Positions 10,203 through 21,151 are shown, counted from the first letter of the stretch. The stretch is 62,817 bases of DNA from Phytoplasma sp. (GCA_012519065.1 JAAYQV010000131.1:1-62817), one strand, 5' to 3'. The notes: generated from the letters alone by a model not told the origin. Numbers and translations are program-made.

Positions 10203-10640
10203 CTATTTTTTTAGTAGATCTTCTAAACCACTGAAAGCTGGGTTGATTTCTCTTTTCTTTTCAAATTGAGTATGGTCAACATTTTCCGAATAAACAGAAT
10301 ACGGCTTTTCAGATAGGATATAAGCAAATATAATGGGTTCTAAATCTAATACTTTATCTTCTAAAACATAATCGGCATCTTGATGTTCTCCAAAGATGAT
10401 CTCTGCGTTAAAATCTAAAGGATAGATTACAGGTTTTAGTGTTAAGGCACAAGCTAATACAGCATCTGTTTTAACATTGATTTTTATAACACAATGATTG
10501 AGATAATTTTCAAGGGTTCCAACAACTGAAACTTTGTCTAAATTTAAAACCTCATGATGTGCTTCTGTTATGTATGGTGTTAAATTAATTACTTCATTTA
10601 TTGTCAAAAACTCAGGCAAAATAGCTAAATCGTATTTCAT
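10203..10640 (-). CDS. YceD/DUF177 family protein
   Basis: CALTL motif and C-terminal NPAFSGLEDL; conserved position upstream of rpmF; ATG at 10640 follows a GAGGTG RBS. Confidence 0.85.
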   Translation of the reverse strand: MKYDLAILPEFLTINEVINLTPYITEAHHEVLNLDKVSVVGTLENYLNHCVIKINVKTDAVLACALTLKPVIYPLDFNAEIIFGEHQDADYVLEDKVLDLEPIIFAYILSEKPYSVYSENVDHTQFEKKREINPAFSGLEDLLKK

Positions 10641-10661
10641 TTTTTTCACCTCAACGAAATT

Positions 10662-10690
10662 ATTATACCTAATAGCCTTAGATTTGTCAA
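10662..10690 (-). promoter_or_regulatory. Sigma-A promoter for DUF177-rpmF
   Basis: TTGACA-17-TATAAT perfect consensus. Confidence 0.85.
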
Positions 10691-10720
10691 TCTTATAAGA
10701 AACTATCGTATAAAGATATA

Positions 10721-10750
10721 AAAATAGGCAGTTAAACCACTGCCTATTTT
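10721..10750 (-). terminator. Intrinsic terminator after gcvH
   Basis: AAAATAGGCAGT/ACTGCCTATTTT inverted repeat. Confidence 0.85.
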
Positions 10751-10754
10751 GGTT

Positions 10755-11120
10755 TTATAAATTTTCTAAGTATGTGTCGTATGATTGTTGGGTCATTAAA
10801 TCATTTAATTCTGCTTCATCAAATGACTCTAATTCTAAAATAGCTTCATCCGCTGACATCATATCAAAAGATGATGGATCATTCAATAAAGTTTGGTTGA
10901 CTTTGACTACTTTTGCAGTAACTGGTGCAATGAAATCTCCAGTTGTTTTACTACTTTCATAATTTCCAAAAGCTTCACCTTTTGTTATGTTGCTGCCTAC
11001 TTCTGGTAAACTAACAAAGTTTAGAGTTCCTAAATCTGATAGTTTAAATGAAGTTAATCCTATTTTAGCTACATTTCCGTTAACTTCTACCCAAAAATGA
11101 TTTTTATCAAATTTTTTCAT
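10755..11120 (-). CDS. gcvH: Glycine cleavage H-protein family lipoyl carrier
   Basis: HFWV, IGLT, LG.L.FV.LP and ESSK (lipoyl-Lys) motifs; start at 11120 chosen from the GGAGG RBS. Confidence 0.88.
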   Translation of the reverse strand: MKKFDKNHFWVEVNGNVAKIGLTSFKLSDLGTLNFVSLPEVGSNITKGEAFGNYESSKTTGDFIAPVTAKVVKVNQTLLNDPSSFDMMSADEAILELESFDEAELNDLMTQQSYDTYLENL

Positions 11121-11121
11121 T

Positions 11122-12117
11122 TCATTTTCCTCCAATAATTCCTTCTTTTAGTAATTCCATAAAATCTTGGTTTGTGGCATCTATAATATAGTTGCTTATA
11201 TCAATTTGATTGATGATTTCTTCTAGCGCTTTTTCTTGATATTTAACATGGATGAACTTTTCTATCAGAGATTCTAAGTTATCTTCTTTATGAAAGAAAT
11301 CCCCTTTTAGTTCCATTTTTTCAATTTTTCCTTGGTTTAAGGTTAATCTTATTTCTAAACTTCCCCATTTAAAACGTTTTTTTAAAACTTTATCATGTTG
11401 GGGTTGAATATGATATATCCATTCATCTGTTGCGTATTTTAAAGCCTTTTCTTCTAACATTTTTACTTCTTCATCATTTATTTCATAAGTTGATGTGGTC
11501 AATTCTTTTTCTAAATGTTTGATAAGTTCTTCTTGTGTCATTTGATTTAAATATGGTTTTAAATTAGTGACTCTTGATCTAACGCTGGCAATACCTTTGG
11601 AAACTAATTTTTCATCATTAGGCGTAATTGCTCTAACCATTGTTTCTATATCACAATCATACATAAGTGTACCATGCATAATCATACCGTTTTTATTTTG
11701 CATAAAAGCTGTGCCAGAAACTTTTTTATCATCAAGTAAAATGTCATTTCTACCACTGAAATCTAATTTTATGCTAAGCGGCTTAAAAGCATCGACTACT
11801 TTGGATAAATAATCTTTAAAACTGAAGTTTTTATCCTTTCTTTTTGTAATGATTGTAAACATGGTGTTTCTATGATCAGCATACACAGCCCCACCACCGG
11901 TTGGTCTTCTAAATAGCGATATATTATTTTCTTTTAAATATTGCAGATTAACCTCATTTTCAATCACTTGATTTTTCCCAACAACTACACCATGAATTTC
12001 CCAAGTGAAAAAGTAAGTTTCGTCATCTTTTAATAATTGATTCAATACATAATCTTCTAAGGCAAAATAGAAAAACGGTTTTAGATTGCCTTCATTATGA
12101 TGTCTAACTAAAATCAT
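11122..12117 (-). CDS. lplA: Lipoate-protein ligase A
   Basis: RRPTGGGAVY, GRNDIL, KKVSG, HGTL, SVRSRVTNL; C-terminal GDFF domain. Confidence 0.95.
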   Translation of the reverse strand: MILVRHHNEGNLKPFFYFALEDYVLNQLLKDDETYFFTWEIHGVVVGKNQVIENEVNLQYLKENNISLFRRPTGGGAVYADHRNTMFTIITKRKDKNFSFKDYLSKVVDAFKPLSIKLDFSGRNDILLDDKKVSGTAFMQNKNGMIMHGTLMYDCDIETMVRAITPNDEKLVSKGIASVRSRVTNLKPYLNQMTQEELIKHLEKELTTSTYEINDEEVKMLEEKALKYATDEWIYHIQPQHDKVLKKRFKWGSLEIRLTLNQGKIEKMELKGDFFHKEDNLESLIEKFIHVKYQEKALEEIINQIDISNYIIDATNQDFMELLKEGIIGGK

Positions 12118-12183
12118 AATACCACTCCCTGCATACTATTATATCATTGTTGTTTTTTTTTGCTTAAAATATACAACTTATTC

Positions 12184-14760
12184 TTATATTTTATAATCAT
12201 AGGCTTTTAGTAAGATTTCTTTCATATCTTCAACCAAAGGTAATCTTGGATTCGCTGTGGAACATTGATCTTCATAGGCCATATATGCTATTTCATCTAA
12301 TTGATTCATATAGGCTTCTTTTTCAATGTTTTGCTGTTTAAAATTCATTTTTATGCCTATTTTATCTCCAAGTTGATAACATGCTTCAGAAAACATTAAA
12401 ACGCCTTCTTCGACCGTTTTTGGCTCTAATCCGATCGCTTTAGCTAACTCATAATACTTTTCATCTGCATGATAATATTCATATTTTGGCCATGTAGATA
12501 ATTTGGTTGGTCTAGTACCATTATATTTTATGACATGAGGTAATAAAATAGCATTAATTCTTCCATGTGGTATGTGGAATTTTCCGCCTACTTTATGTGC
12601 CATTGAATGACACATACCTAAAAAGGCATTGGCAAAGGCCATACCAGCCATCGTGGATGCGTTATGCATTTTTTCTCTAGCTTTGAAATCTTGTCCATCT
12701 TGATAAGCTCTTTCTAAGTATTTAAAAACGAGTTTGATGGCTTGTAAGGCTAAAGCATCTGTATAGTCATTGGCTAGTACGGATACGTAGGCTTCTACTG
12801 CGTGAGTCAGGACATCCATACCGGTATCTGCGGTCACTGACTTAGGTTGTGTTAGAGTTAAAGATGGGTCGACAATAGCAACCGTTGGTGTTAACGCATA
12901 ATCCGCTAATGGGTATTTTTTGCCTTCTTTATTATCTGTTATAACTGCAAACGGTGTGACTTCACTTCCAGTTCCTGAAGTTGTAGGGATACAAACTAAT
13001 TTGGTTTTTTTACCTAATTCTGGGTATCTAAAGGCACGTTTTCTGATGTCCATAAATTTTTGTTTTAAATCGTTAAAATCAATTTCCGGATTTTCATAAA
13101 ACAACCACATAGCTTTTGCTGCATCCATTGGTGATCCACCACCGATAGCGATAATCGTGTCTGGTTCAAAAGATTTCATGAGTTCATACCCTTTATAAAC
13201 TGTTTCAATAGACGGATCTGCTTCTACATCACAAAACAATTGATAAGAAACATGATTTCTTCTTAGTTCTAATTGGTCCGTTACTTTTTTTACATAGCCT
13301 AAATCCACCATAACTCTATCGGTTACAATAATTGCTTTTGTCATTTCTCTCATTTGTCTTAAGTATTCGATAGAGTCTTTTTCAAAATATATTTTAGACG
13401 GTATTTTGAACCATTGCATATTATTTTTTCTTTCTCCTATTTTCTTTATGTTAAGTAGGTGAACTGCCGATACGTTATCTCCTACTGAGTTTTTTCCATA
13501 TGAGCCGCATCCTAGAGTTAATGATGGAATGAATCTGTTATATATGTTCCCAATACCACCAAAGGTTGCTGGTGAATTTGAAATGATTCTAATGGCTTTT
13601 AATTGAAGACCAAAATCTTTGATGATCTCTTTGTTTTGAGAATGAATGACCGCGCTATGTCCTAATCCGTTAAACTCTACCATTTTTTCTGCTAAAGCGA
13701 TGCCTTCTTTTTCATCTTTGGCTTTCAAAATGGCTAGAATAGGAGATAGTTTTTCTCTGGTTAAAACTTCTTTTTCTCCTACTTCTTTACAAAGTGCAGC
13801 TAAAATACTGGTATCTTTTTCTACGATAAATCCTGCTTGTTGAGCAATATGATAGGCACTTTGTCCGACAATTTGTGAATTAAGGTTTTTATTGTCTGGA
13901 AAAGCTAAATTTTCAATTTTCTTTTTTTCTGTTTCTGTTAAAAAATGAACTTTATATTTTTTAAATTCTTCAATGACTTCTTTATAGATATCTGCTTGAA
14001 TGATTGCGGCTTGTTCTGATGCACAGACCATGCCGTTGTCAAATGATTTTGACATCACAATATCTGATACCGCTTGTTTAATGTCAGCTGATTTCTCTAT
14101 AAATGCTGGGACGTTTCCGGCACCTACTCCTAATGCTGGTTTCCCACATGAATAAGCCGCTTTTACCATTCCATTTCCACCTGTCGCTAGTATGGTAGAT
14201 ACATCTGGATGATTCATGAGTTGATTGGTTTTTTCCATAGATGGTTCTTTTATCCATGAAATACAATCTTTTGGCGCTCCTGCTTTTATGGCAGCTTCAT
14301 AAACTATTTTCGCTGCAAGTTCGCTTGATTTTTGTGCAGATGGGTGAAAAGCAAAAATGATTGGGTTTCTTGTTTTTAATGCAATGAGTGCTTTAAAAAT
14401 AGTGGTTGAGGTTGGGTTAGTTACTGGTGTGATCGCACAAATCACACCTACAGGATCTGCTATTTCAGTTATGCCTGTTACTTTGTTTTCACTAATGACT
14501 CCCACTGTTTTAAGATGTCTCATATGATTGATAACATATTCTACTGAAAAAAGATTTTTTGTTGCTTTGTCTTCAAAAACACCTTTTTTAGTTTCTAAGA
14601 CAGCTTCTTTTGCTAGTTTTCCGTGCGCATCTATCGCTGCAACAGATACTTTTGCTACAATATGATCAATGGTTTCTTGATCATAGTTTTTGTATGTTTC
14701 TAATGCTTTAACAGCGTTAGAAACAAGTAAATCAACTTCACCATAGTTTTGTTTTTCCAT
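12184..14760 (-). CDS. adhE: Bifunctional acetaldehyde-CoA/alcohol dehydrogenase
   Basis: PVTNPTST, catalytic VCASEQ, SLTLGCGSYG linker, GGGSPMD, TTSGTGSE, Fe-binding D/H motifs. Confidence 0.97.
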   Translation of the reverse strand: MEKQNYGEVDLLVSNAVKALETYKNYDQETIDHIVAKVSVAAIDAHGKLAKEAVLETKKGVFEDKATKNLFSVEYVINHMRHLKTVGVISENKVTGITEIADPVGVICAITPVTNPTSTTIFKALIALKTRNPIIFAFHPSAQKSSELAAKIVYEAAIKAGAPKDCISWIKEPSMEKTNQLMNHPDVSTILATGGNGMVKAAYSCGKPALGVGAGNVPAFIEKSADIKQAVSDIVMSKSFDNGMVCASEQAAIIQADIYKEVIEEFKKYKVHFLTETEKKKIENLAFPDNKNLNSQIVGQSAYHIAQQAGFIVEKDTSILAALCKEVGEKEVLTREKLSPILAILKAKDEKEGIALAEKMVEFNGLGHSAVIHSQNKEIIKDFGLQLKAIRIISNSPATFGGIGNIYNRFIPSLTLGCGSYGKNSVGDNVSAVHLLNIKKIGERKNNMQWFKIPSKIYFEKDSIEYLRQMREMTKAIIVTDRVMVDLGYVKKVTDQLELRRNHVSYQLFCDVEADPSIETVYKGYELMKSFEPDTIIAIGGGSPMDAAKAMWLFYENPEIDFNDLKQKFMDIRKRAFRYPELGKKTKLVCIPTTSGTGSEVTPFAVITDNKEGKKYPLADYALTPTVAIVDPSLTLTQPKSVTADTGMDVLTHAVEAYVSVLANDYTDALALQAIKLVFKYLERAYQDGQDFKAREKMHNASTMAGMAFANAFLGMCHSMAHKVGGKFHIPHGRINAILLPHVIKYNGTRPTKLSTWPKYEYYHADEKYYELAKAIGLEPKTVEEGVLMFSEACYQLGDKIGIKMNFKQQNIEKEAYMNQLDEIAYMAYEDQCSTANPRLPLVEDMKEILLKAYDYKI

Positions 14761-14892
14761 ATTTAATTGTCTCCTTTATTTTACTTCGTATCGTTTGGTT
14801 AATTTTATACTACCATCTTTATTTCATTTTCTCTATTTTTTTTATAAATAAAACGTTTTCACTATTAAAAAAAGAAAAAAATAGGGGTTTCC

Positions 14893-16401
14893 CTATTTTA
14901 ATTCATCATATACAAAGTATTTAAATGTCGCTTTGGAACCTTTAAATGTATTTAAATCATGAGTTGATAAAAAGATATAGGTCCCTGTAAATCCACCAGA
15001 TAAAAAGGTGATATTTTCTTCTATATCTTGTTTCATGTGATTGATATAAACATTTATCATATGGTTATCAGTAATAATTTTTATAACTACTTCACCCTCT
15101 ATTGGCGTTTTAGTTTCATATAAATGAAAAACGTTTTGTTCTTTTTTAAAATATCTAACGCATTTGCCAATGATTTCATCATAAGTTATATAAGCGTAAA
15201 AGAAATTTTCAACATTTAAATAAAGACCCATGCCAGCCATTTGATTAAAATGGGTTGGATTAAATTTTATTGCAGTCTCAGCATAAAAGTTGGTGGTTGT
15301 TAGTCTTTTTCCTATCAATGATACATCAAATAATGATTGGAGAGATTCTTTGCTTGTTATTTCTAATCCTTGATTAGATTGATTGAAGATTGATGAATCA
15401 TAATATGCTAACATATTCCATTCGTGATGTAATTTATTTGTTGAAAAATCATCTTTAAAATAGTGTTTGAATTGACTGGTTGTTTGATATGGGCTTTCAA
15501 TTTTTAATAACGGTTTGTTATCCGTTGATTTTAATTTTAACCAAAAGTCTTTGGTCATAACTAATTCTTGAATAGCTGTTTCTCTTCCTAGTACTGCATA
15601 ATCTTTTAATAGGGGTCTTGTGACTAGGTGATACATATACCATCTATTTTCAAACATAATAAGTGAGCCATGCCCTGCGCATTGTAACGGAAGTGTTTTA
15701 TCTTCTTTTGAGGTTAATAAAGGCGTGTTCGGATCTACTTCATATGGTCCATATAGTGCCTTAGATCGACATAGTGTCACCTGATGGTCCACACCTGTTC
15801 CACCTTCTGCTGTTATTAAGTAATAATAGTCATTGATTTTATATAAATGTGGCGCCTCTGTTTTAGCAGCATTGGTACCATTAAATATTTTTATAGGTTC
15901 ACCTATTAATTTTTGTTTTTCTCTACTATATTCTTGCATGATGATTCCAGCAGATTTATTAGGTGTTGTCATTCTATAATCCCAAATACAATTAAGGATA
16001 TATGATTTATCTTTTTCATGATACATTGAAGGGTCAAAACCACTACTATTTAAGTAAATAGGTTCTGACCAAGGCCCTTTAATATCTTTTGATTTAATTA
16101 GGTAATTATGACCATCTTTAAAAGGTCTATTGGTACTTATTACCTCTGTATATAGTAAATAAAACTCATCATCTACATAACTTAATTGTGGCGCCCATAT
16201 GCTACAATCTTTAGGGTTTCCTCTAAAATCAGAATGAATTAAAACATCTGTACAATACTCATAATTAACTAAATCTTGGGTTTGATAAATTCTTACGCCA
16301 GGAACCCATTGAAATGTGGAGACAGCTATATAAACAGTATTGCCCACTTTTACTGCAGAAGGGTCTGGATTAAAACCTTTTAAAACTGGATTGATAATCA
16401 T
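14893..16401 (-). CDS. GH43 beta-xylosidase/alpha-L-arabinofuranosidase, cytoplasmic, with C-terminal beta-sandwich
   Basis: NPVLKGFNPDPS, WAP, GFDPS, EAPH, AEGGT, GHG, LGRET; no signal peptide. Confidence 0.92.
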   Translation of the reverse strand: MIINPVLKGFNPDPSAVKVGNTVYIAVSTFQWVPGVRIYQTQDLVNYEYCTDVLIHSDFRGNPKDCSIWAPQLSYVDDEFYLLYTEVISTNRPFKDGHNYLIKSKDIKGPWSEPIYLNSSGFDPSMYHEKDKSYILNCIWDYRMTTPNKSAGIIMQEYSREKQKLIGEPIKIFNGTNAAKTEAPHLYKINDYYYLITAEGGTGVDHQVTLCRSKALYGPYEVDPNTPLLTSKEDKTLPLQCAGHGSLIMFENRWYMYHLVTRPLLKDYAVLGRETAIQELVMTKDFWLKLKSTDNKPLLKIESPYQTTSQFKHYFKDDFSTNKLHHEWNMLAYYDSSIFNQSNQGLEITSKESLQSLFDVSLIGKRLTTTNFYAETAIKFNPTHFNQMAGMGLYLNVENFFYAYITYDEIIGKCVRYFKKEQNVFHLYETKTPIEGEVVIKIITDNHMINVYINHMKQDIEENITFLSGGFTGTYIFLSTHDLNTFKGSKATFKYFVYDELK

Positions 16402-16428
16402 GATGAAATCTCCTTTAAATATATAGTT

Positions 16429-16456
16429 AAAAAGCGTCGGATTACAACGCTTTTTT
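16429..16456 (-). terminator. Intrinsic terminator after dnaJ
   Basis: AAAAAGCGT...ACGCTTTTT hairpin. Confidence 0.75.
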
Positions 16457-16458
16457 TA

Positions 16459-17568
16459 TTATTGTTTAAAAAATGATTTGAATTTTTCCCATCCGGATTT
16501 TTGTCTTGGTGTTTCAGCTTGACTAAGTTTTTCAAATAGTTCTTTTTCTTCTTGACTTAAGTTAGTTGGTGTTTGTAAATTGACCACTACAAATTGTGAT
16601 CCTTTTCTGCCACTTCTAACATTTGCAATCCCTTTATCTTTCATTCTTAGACGAGTGCCTGATTGAATGCCTGCTGGGATTTTTAGTTTAACATCCCCAT
16701 AAATGGTTGGGACCTCAATGCTTGTTCCTAAGGCAGCCTCTGAGAATGTTAAAGGTACTTCTAAAATAATATCTTCACCATCACGTTTGAAAACTTTATG
16801 TGGAGTTACTCTAAATGTGACAAATAAATCTCCTGAAGGCATACCATTTTTACCTGCATGACCATAACCTGAAACTCTAAGTGTCATATTATTATCAACT
16901 CCTGCAGGAATTTTAATATCTACAGTTTTCTTAACTCTTTCTCTTCCTGAACCTTTACATTTATGACACTTATTTTTAATGTCTTTTCCTAAACCATGAC
17001 ATCTAGGACAAGTTTGTTGGGTTCTAAAGTTACCTAAAATGGTTCTTTGTTCAACATTTACGAAACCTGAACCATGACATCTTTCACAAGTTTCTATATC
17101 AGCTTCTGTTTCTGCACCTGAACCATGACAATGTGAACAGTCTTGCTCGATATCCACTTCAACTGTTTTGGTGGCACCTAAGACTGCTTCCATAAAGGTA
17201 ATTGTCATTGTTCTTTCTATATCTTGCCCTCTTTGTTGAGTTTGTCTAGAACCAGATCCCCCGCCAAAAAAGGAGCTAAATATATCACTGAAACCGCCGA
17301 AATCTCCACCACCAAAGCCACCAAATCCTTCAAATGGATTTCCGTTTGCTCCTGCGTGTCCGAATTGATCATAAGAAGCTCTCTTTTTCTCATCACTTAG
17401 AACATCATATGCTTCTTGAACTTCTTTAAATTTTTCTTCAGCATTTTCTTCTGTTGATACATCCGGGTGATATTTTTTAGCCAACTGTCTATAAGCTTTT
17501 CTAATTTCATCATTGCTTGCTGTTTTTGAAACGCCTAACACGTCATAATAATCTCTTTTTTCTGCCAT
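16459..17568 (-). CDS. dnaJ: Chaperone DnaJ
   Basis: HPD J-domain, G/F-rich region, four CxxCxGxG repeats. Confidence 0.99.
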   Translation of the reverse strand: MAEKRDYYDVLGVSKTASNDEIRKAYRQLAKKYHPDVSTEENAEEKFKEVQEAYDVLSDEKKRASYDQFGHAGANGNPFEGFGGFGGGDFGGFSDIFSSFFGGGSGSRQTQQRGQDIERTMTITFMEAVLGATKTVEVDIEQDCSHCHGSGAETEADIETCERCHGSGFVNVEQRTILGNFRTQQTCPRCHGLGKDIKNKCHKCKGSGRERVKKTVDIKIPAGVDNNMTLRVSGYGHAGKNGMPSGDLFVTFRVTPHKVFKRDGEDIILEVPLTFSEAALGTSIEVPTIYGDVKLKIPAGIQSGTRLRMKDKGIANVRSGRKGSQFVVVNLQTPTNLSQEEKELFEKLSQAETPRQKSGWEKFKSFFKQ

Positions 17569-17589
17569 TTAATCAACCCCACACGGAAT

Positions 17590-17607
17590 AAGGGGCAAAT
17601 GCCCCTT
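17590..17607 (-). terminator. Hairpin between dnaK and dnaJ (partial terminator or mRNA stabiliser)
   Basis: AAGGGGCA-aa-TGCCCCTT. Confidence 0.6.
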
Positions 17608-17618
17608 TGTTCTTATTT

Positions 17619-19442
17619 TTATTTTTCTTCAAAATCTGCGTCAACTACATCATCTGTGCTTGATGAGTTTGATTCTTGATTGTTTGATTCTGCTTCTTTT
17701 TGAGCTTTTTCATATGCTTTAATAGCAATACCTTGAGCTGCTTGTGATAAGCTTTCTACTTTTTCTTTAATTGCTTTAGCGTCATCTGATGATAATACTT
17801 CTTCTAATGCTTTAATTGCGGTTTCTACATTATTTTTCTCATCTTCAGTAACATCTTCTTTTAAATCATCTAAAGCTTTCTTAGTTTGGAAAATTAAAGT
17901 ATCTGCCTCATTTTTAGCCTCTGCTAATTCTTTTTTAGCTTTATCAGCTTCAGCATTTTCTTCAGCTTCTTTAATCATTCTTTCAATTTCTTCTTCTTTT
18001 AATGCACCTGAACCAGAAATAGTAATTTTTTGTTCTTTGTTGGTTCCTAAATCTTTTGCCTTCACAGAAACAATACCGTTAGCATCTATATCAAAAGTTA
18101 CCTCAATTTGTGGAACACCTCTTGGTGCTGGTGGTATATCTGTTAATTGAAAACGTCCAAGTGTTTTATTATCAGTTGCCATTGGTCTTTCACCTTGTAG
18201 AACGTGAATGTCTACTGCTGGTTGGTTGTCTGCTGCAGTTGAGAAAACTTGTGTTTTTGATGTAGGAATGGTTGTATTTCTTTCAATTAATTTTGTAAAT
18301 ACGTTTCCTAATGTTTCAATTCCTAATGATAATGGTGTTACGTCAAGTAGTAAAACATCTTTTACTTCACCTGCTAAAACACCACCTTGAATAGCAGCAC
18401 CCATAGCTACTACTTCATCTGGGTTAACACTTTTGTTTGGTTCTTTTCCTAATTCTTTTTTAACTAAGTCTTGAACTGCAGGGATTCTTGTTGATCCACC
18501 AACTAATAAGACTTGATCGATATCTTTAGCTGTTAATTTTGCATCTGATAATGCGCGTTTTACTGGAATTAAACATTTATCTACTAAATCTTTGGTTAAT
18601 TCATCAAATTTAGCGCGAGTTAAGTTGTACTCTAAGTGTAGTGGGCCTGCATCACTCATTGTAATAAATGGTAATGATACTTGGCTTGATGTAACACCAC
18701 TTAATTCTTTTTTAGCTTTTTCAGCAGCATCTTTTAATCTTTGAACTGCCATTTTGTCTTTTAATAAATCTACGCCTTGTTCTTTTTTAAACTCAGCTGC
18801 TAAGAATTCAACAATTTTATCGTCAAAATCATCTCCACCAAGTTTATTATTTCCGGCAGTTGAAATAACATCAAAAGTTCCATCTGCTAAGTGAAGGATT
18901 GATACGTCAAAAGTTCCTCCCCCTAGGTCGAAAACTAAGATGGTTTGTTCTTTTTCTAATTTATCAATACCATAAGCAAGCGCAGCTGCTGTTGGTTCAT
19001 TAATGATTCTTTTAACTTCAAGCCCTGCAATTGTACCTGCGTCTTTGGTTGCTTGTCTTTCAGCATCATTAAAGTATGCAGGAACAGTAATAACTGCTTG
19101 TGTTACTTCTGCGCCTAAATAATCTTCTGCTGTTTTCTTTAAATTTTGTAAGATCATTGCGCTGATTTCTTGTGGTGTATATTTTTTTCCATTAATGTCT
19201 ACACGATAGTTTGCATCACCCATGTATCTTTTAATTGATGATACGGTGTTTAAGTTAGTGATTGCTTGTCTTTTTGCAACTTCCCCAACCATGATTTCAT
19301 CACCTTTAAATGCCACCACTGAAGGCGTAGTTCTACCACCTTCAGCATTAGGGATAACTTTTGCTTCTCCACCTTCTATAACTGATACTACTGAGTTTGT
19401 TGTTCCTAGGTCAATACCTATAATTTTATTTGTCTTCGCCAT
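17619..19442 (-). CDS. dnaK: Chaperone DnaK (Hsp70)
   Basis: [28 protein letters not shown]; start MAKTNK at 19442 with a GGAG RBS. Confidence 0.99.
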   Translation of the reverse strand: MAKTNKIIGIDLGTTNSVVSVIEGGEAKVIPNAEGGRTTPSVVAFKGDEIMVGEVAKRQAITNLNTVSSIKRYMGDANYRVDINGKKYTPQEISAMILQNLKKTAEDYLGAEVTQAVITVPAYFNDAERQATKDAGTIAGLEVKRIINEPTAAALAYGIDKLEKEQTILVFDLGGGTFDVSILHLADGTFDVISTAGNNKLGGDDFDDKIVEFLAAEFKKEQGVDLLKDKMAVQRLKDAAEKAKKELSGVTSSQVSLPFITMSDAGPLHLEYNLTRAKFDELTKDLVDKCLIPVKRALSDAKLTAKDIDQVLLVGGSTRIPAVQDLVKKELGKEPNKSVNPDEVVAMGAAIQGGVLAGEVKDVLLLDVTPLSLGIETLGNVFTKLIERNTTIPTSKTQVFSTAADNQPAVDIHVLQGERPMATDNKTLGRFQLTDIPPAPRGVPQIEVTFDIDANGIVSVKAKDLGTNKEQKITISGSGALKEEEIERMIKEAEENAEADKAKKELAEAKNEADTLIFQTKKALDDLKEDVTEDEKNNVETAIKALEEVLSSDDAKAIKEKVESLSQAAQGIAIKAYEKAQKEAESNNQESNSSSTDDVVDADFEEK

Positions 19443-19971
19443 TTTCATCGCTCCATTCATTTACTTTTACCATACTTGGTCTTAATACTCTTTCTTTATA
19501 CATATATCCTTTTTGTAGGACTTCTAAGACAATACCATTGTCCTTTTCTTTATCTGATGTTTTTTCTACTGCATGATGTACTTTTGGATCAAACATTTGA
19601 TGGAGTGCATTGATTTCTTTGACTCCTTCATTTTCTAAAACGCTCATAAATTGATCATTGATCATCTTAAAGCCAATTAAGAAGTTTTTTAATAAATCAT
19701 TGTCTGTTTCCATATTTACTACTTTATCAAATTGATCTAGTGGTACGAGTAAATCATGTAATAAATTGGTTGATGCATATTTTCTATCATTTATTTTTTC
19801 TTGCATCATTCTTTTCTTGAAGTTTTCTAACTCTGCTGCGTTTCTTAAAAGTTGATCTTTTAAGTCTTTTACTTCTTCTTCAAGTTTTGCTACTTTATCT
19901 TTTTTCTTTTCTTTTTTTGGTTCAACTTGTTCTTCTATTGTTGATTCTAAGATTTCATCTTTATCTGTCAT
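19426..19971 (-). CDS. grpE: Nucleotide exchange factor GrpE
   Basis: [32 protein letters not shown]. Confidence 0.97.
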   Translation of the reverse strand: MTDKDEILESTIEEQVEPKKEKKKDKVAKLEEEVKDLKDQLLRNAAELENFKKRMMQEKINDRKYASTNLLHDLLVPLDQFDKVVNMETDNDLLKNFLIGFKMINDQFMSVLENEGVKEINALHQMFDPKVHHAVEKTSDKEKDNGIVLEVLQKGYMYKERVLRPSMVKVNEWSDENGEDK

Positions 19972-19981
19972 AGTCATCTCC

Positions 19982-20998
19982 CTACTTCTTGTATAGTTTG
20001 GCCATATTAATTGCTATATATTCTAATAATGGTATTACTTTTTTGTATTCCATTCGTGATGGCCCTAAAATTGCGATTGTACCACTTTCATTCTCATTGA
20101 CACGATAAGGAATGGATATTACTGTATAGTTTTCCATTGGCAATAAATTCATATCTTCTGAAAACTTAATAGACAATCCTTCTGGTGTCCCAATTAATTT
20201 AACAAGTTCCCTTCGATCTAACATATCGACAAATTGTCTGATGGTTTCAACATTGCTAAATTCTGGTTGGCCTAAAACATTTGAAAAGCCTGATAAATGA
20301 AAATTCTCTGTTGCAAATTGTGCAAATGCTTGAATAAATGTTTCAATGATTTTACTTTGATATTTCATAAATTTGCTCACTTCTTCTTTAGCAAATTCGG
20401 TTTGAATAATTTGTGAAGCTTCATATAAATATTTATTTTTAAGTAAATCATCTAAAGTTGTAATAACCTCTTTTAAATCTTTCATATTCATTTCATCAGA
20501 AATTCTAATGTTTTCATGTTGAACATGTCCATGGTTGGTTACAATCAAAATAACTGCATTTTTTTCACCTAACGGAATAAAATCTATTTTTTGGATTTTA
20601 CTTGTCTCTAAGACATCCGGGCCAATAGCCATAGCGGTATAATTAGTTAAATTACTTAGTAGTTCTAAGGCTTCCTTGACAGCTTGTTCTTTGATATGTG
20701 AGTGTCTATCAAAGATTTCATCGATTAAAGGGAATACATCAGCTACTTCTTGGTCTCTTGTAAACAAGTGATTGACATAGTACTTATATCCCTTTGATGA
20801 TGGTATTCTTCCACTAGAGGTGTGTGTTTTTTCTAGAAAACCTAACTCTTCTAATTGAGCCATATCATATCTAATGGTTGCACTAGAAAAATCTAAGTAT
20901 GGTAAACTAGTTAATAGTTTTGAACCTACTGGTTGTGCGTCTTGAGCGTATAACTCTACAATTGCTTTTAATATAAGTTTTTGTCTACTGGTCAACAT
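19982..20998 (-). CDS. hrcA: Heat-inducible transcription repressor HrcA
   Basis: LTSRQKLILKAIV, PVGSK, SSATIR, HTSSGRIPS, LGPSRMEY; start chosen from the GAGGTG RBS. Confidence 0.97.
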   Translation of the reverse strand: MLTSRQKLILKAIVELYAQDAQPVGSKLLTSLPYLDFSSATIRYDMAQLEELGFLEKTHTSSGRIPSSKGYKYYVNHLFTRDQEVADVFPLIDEIFDRHSHIKEQAVKEALELLSNLTNYTAMAIGPDVLETSKIQKIDFIPLGEKNAVILIVTNHGHVQHENIRISDEMNMKDLKEVITTLDDLLKNKYLYEASQIIQTEFAKEEVSKFMKYQSKIIETFIQAFAQFATENFHLSGFSNVLGQPEFSNVETIRQFVDMLDRRELVKLIGTPEGLSIKFSEDMNLLPMENYTVISIPYRVNENESGTIAILGPSRMEYKKVIPLLEYIAINMAKLYKK

Positions 20999-21011
20999 CA
21001 TATCACCTCTT

Positions 21012-21038
21012 TTAGCACTCAACACCCCAAATTGCTAA
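21012..21038 (-). promoter_or_regulatory. CIRCE element (HrcA operator)
   Basis: TTAGCACTC-N9-AATTGCTAA versus consensus TTAGCACTC-N9-GAGTGCTAA, lying between the promoter and the hrcA RBS. Confidence 0.92.
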
Positions 21039-21042
21039 TACC

Positions 21043-21071
21043 ATTGTATTATAATCTTTTGGCAATGTCAA
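21043..21071 (-). promoter_or_regulatory. Sigma-A promoter of the hrcA operon
   Basis: TTGACA-17-TACAAT. Confidence 0.8.
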
Positions 21072-21085
21072 GAGTTTAGTGCTAT
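21059..21085 (-). promoter_or_regulatory. Second, degenerate CIRCE overlapping the -35 box
   Basis: Minus strand ATAGCACTA-N9-CATTGCCAA. Confidence 0.55.
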
Positions 21086-21151
21086 TTTTTTAAAAAAACG
21101 AGATAAAAGCCTCGTTAGGCTATCTTTTTTTTACTAAATTACCTATAAAAT

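Noticed and set aside
10755-12117. GcvH-L/SirTM/macrodomain ADP-ribosylation operon
   Set aside because: No sirtuin, macrodomain or flavin oxidoreductase gene is adjacent, and the H protein retains its C-terminal helix.
14761-14892. Rex operator upstream of adhE
   Set aside because: No TTGTGAA-N4-TTCACAA-like palindrome is visible; only a cre-like site.
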